NCBI GenBank assembly: GCA_036785375.1
Contig: JAWMAR010000086.1
Span: 3,410,001 to 3,474,000, forward strand
DNA from: Leucoraja ocellata
Taxonomy: Eukaryota
Direction: 5' to 3'
DNA: 64,000 nucleotides
A program made the position numbers and the translations under genes. Positions within the stretch are counted from its first letter, which is position 1. The number at the start of each line of letters is the position of its first letter. Below the pieces are notes generated by a model that did no database searches, was not told the DNA's origin, and was given only the letters and a program-made list of their open reading frames with translations. Positions 42,454 through 54,400 of the stretch are shown here, piece by piece.

Positions 42454-45400
42454 CTGTAAAATAAAAATTGGTTTATTAGTTATTCAGGGAAGATGCAAAA
42501 AAAAACCCCAGTATTTCATAATAAAGTCAACATGTTGAAAATGTGCCACAAATGTTCCACTTCCCAACTTTTACATTCCTTTGTTAATATTCTCTCTACT
42601 AACTGTCCCTGGTCACCCATCAAACATCTCAATTTATTCTCGTAACAACCGTGGACTTGCCCTTAGATATTCCATTTGTCTACGTGTTCCTCTCCTGCAG
42701 AGCCTGAAGAAAGGTCCCAACTCGAAACGTCACCTATCCATGCTCCCCAGAGATGCTGCCAGACCCGCTGAGTTACCTTAACATTTTGTAATTTTTGTAA
42801 ACCAGCATCTGCAGTTCCTTGTTTCTATATTTTGATAAGTCAGAGCTTATTATTTTTTTTTAATTGAGGCTCCATGGCAATAACAATTTGGATAAGCATT
42901 CCCAATACTAGTCATGATAATAAAACCACATACTGGTATTGAAGCTCAGAACATTATTGTGATTCTATTCTGCAGAATGTTCTTTGGTTAGCCCCATGCC
43001 ATTATGATTATGTAGTTGCCGTTGACCTGCATTACTCTGGAATGTCCACTTACAATCTTTGAATGCTTTCCACCACTCCACCTCCAGGTCACTCAGATCG
43101 GCCGACTTGGGGCTGCTGAATATCCCGCGGTCTAGGCACAAGCTTAGGGGCGACCGTGCCTTTGCGGTTGCAGCTCCTAGACTGTGGAACAGCATCCCCC
43201 TTCCCATCAGAACTGCCCCCTCCATCGACTCCTTTAAGTCAAGACTAAAATCTTATCTATACTCCCAAGCCTTTCCTGACGTCCACTGAGCGAGGGCTAT
43301 ATGTATATATGAATGTAGTTTGTATGTTTATACTATTCTTATAACAAATGTAAAGCACTTTGGCCAACGAGAGTTGTTTTTTTAAATGTGCTATATAAAT
43401 AAATGCGACTTGATTTGACTTTCCTGATGAAGAAATCTACCATCATCATTTCAATCATTCCTCACTGCTGCTTCAGCCAAGCCTCTAAGTATTTTGTTAA
43501 GAGTGTCTCAAAACAAAATACTTATGAGCTTCAGGCCATACTCCCTGTACCTTCCAGTTATCTGAACCCCTCTGAATTCTGAACCCTTCTTAAATCCACT
43601 GGTCTGATTACCACCTATACTGGGAATGTTGGAAGCCTGGCTGCGGATGCTACTTGGACCCACCTTGTGGTTCCCACTGATTGGTATGGCATGCTGCTGT
43701 TCAGCTCTGCGTGTTAGCTTAAAATATTGGCAGAAAGAACACTCCTCCTTTGGTCTTATACATATTAAAGATCTTTACTATGTTTGAACTGCCCCAGAAA
43801 CTTTGGGCGGCAACACTGATAATTTAATTTGAAATATGAAAGGTGAACATTTGAAAATGCCTGTCCTCAATACCAAATATTCCCTTGATCACTCTCTTAC
43901 CCTCTGTCATCCTACCCTCCCCTCACCCCCCCCCTCTCCCCACCCCATTACAAGTCATTATAAATAGGATGAAAATGATAACTACCCATGTCATAACACG
44001 CTGCACCTGCAGGTAATTCCTGTACTATGTTCTTGGATTCAATCTAAATTTTGGGATTCCAGTTGTATGAATATTCTTACCAAATGGTTATATTTTGAAT
44101 TAACAAGGAAATTTGTTCACAAATAACAGTATTTCATCAATTCAAAATGTATGCAGACTTCTTCATAAAACAACAATTCCACGGTCTCTTATTAGAATAG
44201 TAATATTAACTCAAAACTGCTAAAAAAAGAGGCAGATTTTACCTCATTATTTCTTGAATGTTTAATAGATTATTCCAGTTCTTCTCAATTCCTGGCACAT
44301 GACCCATTCCAACTACTCCCACCACAACGGATGGCATCCGTTGACTGGGCTCAGCTATGGAATGAACAGAAAAATAATTTAACAAATCTCAAAATGGTAA
44401 ATGCAGTGTACTTCAGTCATCAACCTTTTACGTACCTGGAAAATGTAAAACTTTAATTTAACTAGGTATATTCTAGTTTCATATTTTATGATGATTGATT
44501 CCACAGGCTATGGCCTCCTATGCTGGCTTTTGGGGCAACTTCATCACTCCTGTTCCCTATAACCTGCACTCTATCACATGCCCACCAACACCACCCTTAT
44601 GCCACTTATTCTGTGCAGAGTAATTTATGGTAAACCATTAACTTACTAAGCAGTACATCTTTAATATATGGAAGAAAGCTGGAGCATTAGGAAAATCCAT
44701 GCAGTTATTAGGAGAATGTACAAACTCCAACAGAGAGCAATGGACAACAGGAACAAAGCCAGGCACCTATCCTACTTTCCAGTCAATTATCACACACTGG
44801 AGGACAAATAAAACAGCGAGAAAAAAAAAAAATAACCTGCTTGAAATTTAAGCAGGTCAAGCAGCATTTGTGGAGACAAAGGGATGGATGATATGCTGGT
44901 CGAGATCCTGTATCAGGACTGGGAGTGTGGAGGGAAGGTAACTGTTGTGAGAAGGAGGGGCAAGGCAGAGACGATCACTGGTGGGTGATTGCCAATGTTG
45001 GTAATATAGAGACAGATACAGCACAAATATAGGTCCTTCGGCCCAACGCGTCCATGCCAACCAAGAAACCCATCTACGCTAATCTCATTTAGCCATGTTT
45101 CATCCTAATCCCTCTCAATCTTTTCCATACAAAAGGTTATCCAAAAATGTATTTTAAATGTTATTACTGTATAACTTCCTCTGGCAGCTCATTCCCTATA
45201 AATACAATTTACTATCTGAAAATAGACACAAAATGCTGGAGTAACTCAGTGGGACAGGCAGCATCTCAGGGGAGAAGGAATGGGTGAGGTTTCAGGTCGA
45301 GACACATCTTCAGACTAGAGTCAGGGGAAAGGTCAACGACTACTCTGTGAAGTTGCCCCTCAGTTTCTATTAAATGTTTCTCCCATCACCTTAAAGCTGT

Positions 45401-48400
45401 GTCCTCTAGTTCTTGATTCCCTCAAACTGGGAAAAAGGCTGTATGCATTCAGCCTATTTACGCCCCTCATTTTATACACAGCAAAAATCACTCCTAAGTC
45501 TCCATCACTCCAATGAATAAAATCCTAGCCTATAAATGACTGTTATGCCCTACCCTTCCATTTATTCTCTCCGAGCACAACTCAGTGAAAAGAACCTACA
45601 AGACAAAATGTAGCTTCCCCAACTGGTTAAGCAACTTAGCAAGACTTAAAGAGACCAAACCAAGAAGTATTTTTGTTTATACAGACTAGCAGCAAAAATT
45701 ATGATGCAGACGGCTCAGTGGGGGGGGGGGGGGGGGGGGCAACATATTTGACTACCAAACAAATTCCAATCAGTAGATTAGAGAGTAACAGAAGCTTATC
45801 CAGGCTAGTTTGTGTGCTTACGTCCTAAAGCCAGAGGTAGTTCTAATGGCTTTGCGGCTTGCTTTAGCATATAGGCTAGGTAAACATCACGTTCAGCAAC
45901 AATGGTGCGATGAAGATCAGGAAACTCTCCGATCATTTCGGACATCATCTGTTCTAGAAGATCTTTCTGTTTGCACTTTTCTACGTCATCTTTACTGAAA
46001 CAGATAAATCAATTAAAAATTAAATTAAAAACAATCATTGCTTAATTTTACACTGTTAAGTCTTGCTTCCTTGAGCAAATAAGTTGAGAAAAACTGTGTC
46101 GTCAGTTCAAAACACTTAATGCAGAATGCATGTCACAATGCATCATATTTACATTTATAATAGATATTAAACAGTTATAAGTCTCTAATATTGCAATGAA
46201 CACGGGAAATTAAATGGGGTGTGCATCATGGCGAGAAGCAATAAGCTATATTAACCAGGGAGTGGTAGTGCCTCCTTAAGTTTCAATTGGGTGTGCATAG
46301 ATTGTGACAGAATCACGAGTAGGGAAAGCAAAGGGCTTGGATTTTGGATTAAAAAGAGAGAAAATGTGACTAATTGATAAATAAACAATGAGGAGTAATG
46401 GTCTTTGTTCTCCATATAAACTAAGCCTGTCCAAAAGAGTCAGTTTAAAAAAAAAATAGTTCCAATGGAAATAAAGGTTTATTATCAAAGTACAAAGAGA
46501 ATATGCAGATGTGCAGAACATTGATCAGATACCAAAAAAAAAATCTGATTTGGGGAATTCGTTGCCAAGAGGATTTGGGCTTATTAGAGATTTACCAGAA
46601 TTATATCAGAAAAAAAGTTATGTGGAATAAATTTGTCTACATACATTTCCAAGAGGTTTGAATGTGATTAAGTGTTTCAAACAATTTGATGCAGAAAATA
46701 AAACAGCTACGTACTACTTCATTTCAGAACGTGGCAAAATGTATGAAGTAGCAGTAAAACTCAAATTCTGTCGGGAGTATTATGTGACAAGGATTATGGG
46801 AGGTAAATGGAGGCAAGGAATAAAGTCACCCAACAACTAAAAGGAATGGCGTAAAAGTTTGAGGGACTGAGTATTTTTAAAGTGCTCCCAGGTTTATGTG
46901 TTTTATGACAGTGTTTTATGACATTGTTCTCAATTCCAATAAACTGCCCGAATATATATTCAAAATCATTTTGTTCATATAAATTGGCACATGACTTAGC
47001 AGAGCAGCACACCAGCACTTTTGAAATGTAAATTTACGTAATTATGAAAGCATGGCTGAAGCTTGCAAATCCATGAATTATGACATACATATTCATACCT
47101 GATGGGATCAGACAAGAAACAGAGACCCCAGGCTAATTTGACCTTCTGCCAGAGTGAAAGTGCAGCAATGGCCCTTTTAAAGGTGATAGGGATGGGCCTG
47201 TCCCCAAGGTGAAACTTACAGAAAGGCACTTTTCCAGCCTGAAACACACAATTTTTAAAATGCACGTTTCATAAGACGTTCAATGCACAGTACAGTGGAA
47301 AATTAAGGGATTAACAATCCATACTTAAAAATGTAGATTTGGTTATGTTAAAAGTTGTTGTAAAGCAATAAGTTATGGTTTAATGTGTCATTAAAACTCT
47401 AAAGCCGGTTCAGTCCTGAAGGCGGAGTTGGATTCACGGGAGGTGCTCCTGGAGGGAAGGACAGTCCTCAAACTGCATCTTGGACAATACAGCTCATCCC
47501 CTCAATCTGAGGAGTACCTCCAGCAACAGACTGGATCCACCAAGATGCAGTACAGAAAGCCCAGGAGATTCTTTATTTCATGTGACTATCAAACTGTAAA
47601 CTTCTCCCCCTTCTATCGTGGCGTAGACTGAGACCGACTCCCCTCTCCCTCACCCAAATCTTAGCACATCCCCAATCCTTTCCACTCGTCACTTTAATGT
47701 CATGTTTCATGTATCTTGTGTGTTATGAATGTTGGCAGATCAATTTCGCTCCTGGAATAAATAAAGTTCTATCGTATCGTATTATTAAACCTTATTCTAT
47801 GAGCCAGAACACTTAATATTTTCCATGTAGGAAGGAACTGCAGATGCTGATTTAAAACGAAGATAGACACAAATAGCTGGAGTAACTCAGCGGGACAGGC
47901 AGCTGGATAGAAGGAATAGGAGACGTTCGGGTTGAGACCCTTCTTCAGACTGGTTGTTAATATTTTCTATTTCATCCAGGAGAATAGATCTTAAATCCTC
48001 GTAATCCATCTATTCGACCTAGAAAACGCTGCACCAATACTCTCCAAATACAAGGAGAGGATCATTGACATCAGTTTCTAGCTTTCCCATTAAACAGCAC
48101 AAAGGCATAATCCAGATTGCTACCAGATTTGCTTCCTTGATGTTTAGGTCAGATAACTTTAATATTAGGGCCACGGTATTTAAATGGCATTGCTGACCAC
48201 AAGAGAGACGAGTCAACTTCGAGAGGGATGAAACGGACAAGAGGAATACCCACCTCCTTGAAGGCTTCCCTGAATTCACCCCCTGGGGCCATGCCCAGCT
48301 GTTCTGTGATGTGAGCAGAGACCTTCAATAGCAGCATCTGCATCAATCCAGACATTACTCCATTCTATCAAAACAAGAATAGTTAAGTTTTAAAAAGGTA

Positions 48401-51400
48401 CAGAAAACTTTGCTAATCAATAGCTGTTTGCAGACTGTGTTAACTACATTGAGAAATTAAAACACAGTATTATTCCACACAATACAAAGGACATGTGGCC
48501 TGATCGATTTATTTATTTGGAAGAGGTTCAAAATCTCAGACAGACAAAAACTACCGGAATGAATTCAGCGGATCAAGCAGCATCTGTTTTGGGGGTGGAG
48601 GTGGGAATTGACAGTCTGAGGTACTCCTCAGATTGACCAGTGTGTCATTTGGGTCATAACCCTGCATATGGACAGAGTGGTAAAAAATATAGGGACGCGA
48701 GGTGGTGGGGGAGAAAGACAGGGGCCAGTAGCACAGAAGGAGAGGAAAGGAATAATGGCCAGTTAGAGAAGGGGGAAGTCGTGTGTTAGGGTGTTGAAAA
48801 TGGGTGTTGTGGGACTGGAGCGGAGGTTGAGAGAAAGAGAACAAAAATGGGAGGTGGAGGGTGAGAAATGGCTACCTGAAATTAAGGGTTACCTGAAATT
48901 GAATAAAATCAAGATTCAATGTATAAAATCCCAGCTTTTTACAGATATATGCCCTCGCGCCCACTTTTTCAAATATTAAAATGATTTGCAAATACAGATT
49001 AAATAATTCTAACCAGATCTGTGATAATGATCATATTGTCATGTTATTTTATTGTATCGATGAGAGCCATTTGGCTTTAAACAACTGAACTGATGCTCAT
49101 TTGCACTGGAGAAGATTGACTGAGATATTAAAGACTCTTACTGATTTGAGGTATTAATAACCCAGATCTCAAAATAACGAGTGGGGCGTGGAGGGACGGA
49201 GGTACAAAGAGGAGGTAAAAATGAATCAGTGTGTCAAAAATTTCCATCAAAATGAAATAAGACTTCAGTAATTGAGAGATGAATGATCAGACACCTGGGA
49301 AGAAATTGATGATTTGAGGGATATTGTGAATGAATAACTTATTCTATTATTTAACTCAGAATCTATTCTCGTGTACCAAGGTGATCTTATCCAATCATGT
49401 TACTAAGTTTTGCACAATCATTTAAAAGTGAAAAAAAACTTACAGAATAGTGGCAGAGTCCTCAATGAAGAACGTTGCATGGTTTATGTGCAACATGGAA
49501 CAAAAGTTTTTTAGCGTCCCAAGAGCCAAAAAGGTAGCTTAAGACTATCAAAACGATGCTGTTCTTTCAAGTAGTACTCAAATTCAGTCCCATTACCCAA
49601 ACCTCTCCCTCATAAGCATATAATGTTGTTTTTTCAAAAACACACCAATTTGTCTCATGCTTTTTGTATGCATTCAATTTTTCTGTTTTTCATTCGGTTT
49701 CAAATTTTACAAAATCTTGCTTCCATAAATCAGCACAGGTCAAAATTAAGAATGCACAAACCAAAATTACAACCAAATGCACTTTAAACAAAAACGGAGT
49801 TGATCTTAAATTCAGACTTAAATACTGAACCTGTTTTATAGCTTGCTGTAACTTGTCCAGATTGATTTCTCTGGCTTCCTTAAGTAATGTCTTTTCATCC
49901 ATTTTGAGCATGGAGACTCTGTACTGACATAGTTCTACGACCACTATATCTGGCTGCACTTCTTGAATAGTCTGGAACAAAATACAACATATTAAGCATG
50001 CCACCTACACAGTTCCCACTGTCTCAAGAAATCCCAGAACATTATAAAGGACATTTCCCACCCCGGACACTCCCTGTTTGAACTGTTGCCGTAAGGCAGA
50101 CGGTACAGATCAATGAGGACAAGGACAAACAGACTCAAGAACAGTTTTTATCCCACAGCAATGACTGCACTTAATGTAGCCACCAAATGGGCACAGGCGC
50201 GCTGCATACCAAGGGATTGTGCAATCGACAGAAGAATGTATGGTTGTGTGTTTATGCTTGTTTTTTTTCATGTTACTTATTTTAGTTGTTTGTTTCAGAT
50301 ATTCCCTTTTACGTATCGTTAGCTTTTAGATAATGTGTGAATGGTGCACTGACTGGTTGGCATTTTTAATTTTGTTGTACATGTTTACATGTTATAATGA
50401 CAATAAAGAACCTATCTATCTATCCTTCAAGAAACATTGCTGCTACAGAAATATTACAAGATGGAATTTTGATACATTGAGGACAGACCAACTGGATTCA
50501 GCGAAATGCTCAAAGTGCAGAACTGCTTAACTTTTCTACACCTGGACCAAAGGATCTAAAGTGGGTGGTATCATTGATAGTGAAGATGCTTATCAAAAAT
50601 CACAATAGGATCTTGATCAGCTGGGCAAGTGGGCTGAAGAATGGCTCATGGAGTTTAATATAGACACGTGCAAGGTCCTTCACAGTGAATGTTAATGGTA
50701 GGGCTCTGTGGAGTGTTTTAGAGCAGAGCAATCTAAGAGTTCAGATACTTAGATCCGTGAAAGTGACATCACAGGTTGAAAGGGGGTCAAGACAGCTGGT
50801 CTTCATCAGTCAGGGTATTGAGTATAAAAGTTGGGATATTATGTTATAGATATACAACACGTGGGTGGGGCCGCATTTTGGGTATTATGTTCAGTTTTGG
50901 TGGCTCTGCTATAGGAAATACGTCATTCCATCTGGAAAGAGTAAATATTTATGAGGATGTTGCAGGATTCAAGGGCCTGAGCCAAAGGAAGAAATTGGGC
51001 AAACTAGGACTTTATTCCCTAGAGCACAATAGACTCCAGGTTGATCTTATTGAGGTGTATAAAATCATGAGGGGAATAGATGCAAAACATTGCTAATAAA
51101 TATGATTATGAAAGGGTTATACACAGTCTTTCATGCAAGGTAGGGCAATCAGGAATCAGAGAACATAGGTTTAAGGTGAGAGGGGACAGATTTATAGGAA
51201 CCCGAGGCGCAAACATTTCCACACAGAGGCTGGGATAGGTCTATGGAACAAACTGCCAGGTAGTTGGGAGCAGATATGATACAGGCATGAGACAGGAAAA
51301 ATCTGAAAAAAGAGGAAGAGAGACGGGGTCCAGTGGGCATTGCCCCTGGTAGGGTTCCAAGGGGCAATGCCCCAGGCAGGGGTAAAAGGGGCAGCGCCCC

Positions 51401-54400
51401 CTATATGCAGACATTTTTTGATAATTGTACCTTGAAATGACGTTTTCTTGCCGGTTTACCCTTAATTTATACTGTCATTTTTTTATTGTACCTTAAAATA
51501 ACACATTTTACTTGCCTGTCACTTCTTAATTTACACAGTTTACACTTAAGTCATATTGAAAATATTTTATATTACACCTACTTCCTTGCTTGTTTACTCT
51601 AATTAGAGATAAGTATCCTTTACCATTGTATTTAAACACCAAATCAAATCCAACTCATAACAGTTAGGATGCAAATGATGATCCATCTACTTCAAAGATG
51701 ATCATATTGTGCTACATAGCTGTCACAATGTACAGTGGACAAAATATTAACATCTCAACCTAGAATTTAAGACATTATTTGAAAATAACACTTCCCAAAA
51801 TTTAAAATTAAAGATTTAATTTCTTTAATTTCTTTAAATCTATGGTTTAAAAAAAAAAGGCAAATAATCATTTATCTTCTTTTGATTACTGGACATTTTC
51901 TGATTGCCAGAATTTTCAAAGTCAGTGACTATTAAGGAATGTTAATTGCTGACTCAATGGCGAGTCCAAGCTGGAAATGCAACAATACATTGTATTGCGC
52001 GGCCAGATGGCATCCCGACGGGCTGCGGCTGTGGACTGGGATCGCGGCCAGAGGTCTTTATCAAGGCGCCGCTGTCTCGATGCCGCCCGGACCGCCATGT
52101 AGAACCTCGGCTGGGGCCTCGCGGGTAGAATCCCCGGTCGGACGAAGCGGCCGACGGAGCCCGCGGCTGGGGCCCGGGTCGGCACCATGGAGGCATGAAG
52201 TGGGGCGTCGACAGGGGTGAGGCCTCGGCAGCAGTGAAGACTCGCGACGATGGGGCATGGCGGCGGTGCGTTACTAAATTTCAAAATCCGTGGATGCGTG
52301 GAGAAATCTCATGCCCGATGATGACAACATTAAAAAGGCATTTGGATATGTGCATGAATAGGAAAGGTTTAGAGCAATTTTGTCCAAATGCAGGCAGGTG
52401 GATTAGTGTGGATGCGGCTTCTTGGTTGGCGTGGACACGTTGGATCAAAAGGCCTGTTTCTGTGCTGTGTGACTGTGACTCTAAAAAGAATGTTGCAAAA
52501 GGACTTGATGCTTTAACACCAAATGCTATAAAAATTCCAATATAATTTTTTATTGATATGCTATTCCAGTCAATATTTTTGTCCTCAACACAGATTATTA
52601 GACCTCGACTTTCATGCCAACTGTCTATATTAATTTGTGCAAAATTACACCTATACACATCAGACTACATTAGATTTTGAACCTGTGCAACTTGTTTTTG
52701 TTATCTATCCAAGGACCAGATTAGAGCAAAGTCAATGGAATATAAATGTTCAAAATGATTTGATTTTTCCTATATTGGTATCATACACACATAAGTTTCC
52801 AATTTTATGGAAACAAGTCTTTTGGCGATTCATATTGAGTGAACGTTTGCAGCTGCTGATGGGGTTTTCATTTTCTCCCCAAGCTTTATGTTAGCCAAAT
52901 AGGAAATCAAGAGTGCTTTTTAGTAATTGACAGGCTATTCAATTACATGAAAGTCTGTCAAAGGTTCCAATTTTGCCCCGAGCCAGGGTCCATTTCTTGC
53001 AGGGACTCCTCCATCAGGTGAAAACCAAAACAATTTTCTCAATTCTTTGCCCCCACAGCCTTCTGTGGCAAAGAATTCCACAGATTCACCACCGTCTGAC
53101 TAAAGAAGACAGTAATGACATAGTAAATTAAAAAATAATATCCTGGTATGTCTACTGCTTTTTTTAGAGCAGTGAATGCAAACAGGATACAAAATAGGTC
53201 AGAGTGTAGTACTGTTCAGGTCACAATGATTTCATGAATTGATTAGGCTATGTATCTGATAAACTGATTAAAATAACGTCATGAAATTATACGTTAAACA
53301 ATGTACTGTATATTTCAACCAAATAAATACCCCAAAGTTGATTAAAAAGTTAAATACAAATAACACTCACACCATCTTGACACTTGCTTCTCGCAATCAA
53401 AAATATACTTTTCTAAAACCAAGGCAGTATCACATCTCAGAACAAAATCATTTCAAAATATTCTAATTTTTGCTACATTGCAAACTCGGCGTATTTCAAG
53501 TTTAATAAATTATTTATATCATACAAGCTTATTTCCAGGAACAGTTGTCAGTAAAGAATATGAAAACAAACTTTTGGCGTGACTAAATTGAGACTACAAT
53601 TCAAAATCAAAACTACAGCATACAGCAGAACAGGCCCATCAGCTCACAATGTCTGTGCTGAACATGATGCCAAGATGAACTAATCTCATCTGCTCACACA
53701 TGATCCATATCCCTCAATTTCCTGCCTATCTAAAAGCCACAATAGGATGTGCCTCCATCACTATCCATGGCAGCACATTCTAGGCATCCAACAAAAATCT
53801 GTCCACAGTTCTCTTTTAAAATCTGCCCTCATCCTAAGGCTCTGCCGTTTATGCTTTGACATTTCAATGGGAAAAATGTTCTGTCTATCAATCTATGATT
53901 ATTACTGTGATTATTCTCATTAAAAATGTTACATTAAAAACCACTGACCGAAAACTAAGTGAAAAATCCACGCTGAAGGGTGATGGAACCTTCTCTAACC
54001 TCCAAAGCCCTCAATGCACAATACCGTCTACCAAAATTAGTTTTTGGCCTGAAGATTGTTTTACATTAAATTAGGCTTAAACATATTTGGGTCCTACAAT
54101 GTTAATGCTTCAGTATTCTTGTACATAATTTAAACCTGAACACATTTTCTTAAATTTATTATTTTTTTCATTTTTACCTTCACAACATCGTTTCTGCTAC
54201 TCTCGCTAAAGTGGGCTGTGCCAACCAGGTACACCTTACAACCATCTTCTGTGCTGAGTTCAGTGACAGTGTCTGGTAGATTTGGCTTCCCCTGCCTTTT
54301 TCGCATCTTCATTTCCCACAAAAGTTTAAAAGCATCTTCATCTGCTGTAAAGAAATAAATATGTTACAATAATTCACAATAGCAAATGGAGCTAATTAGT

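Noticed and set aside
45719-45739. Long G homopolymer (also poly-C at about 10237-10260 and poly-G at about 24063-24074) as G-quadruplex elements
   Set aside because: Simple homopolymers with unreliable length in assemblies and no other support for function.
51990-52270. CpG-rich block as the TRABD promoter or a separate gene
   Set aside because: It lies inside a TIR-bounded insertion between coding exons. The real TRABD first exon and promoter were not identified and probably lie beyond the window.
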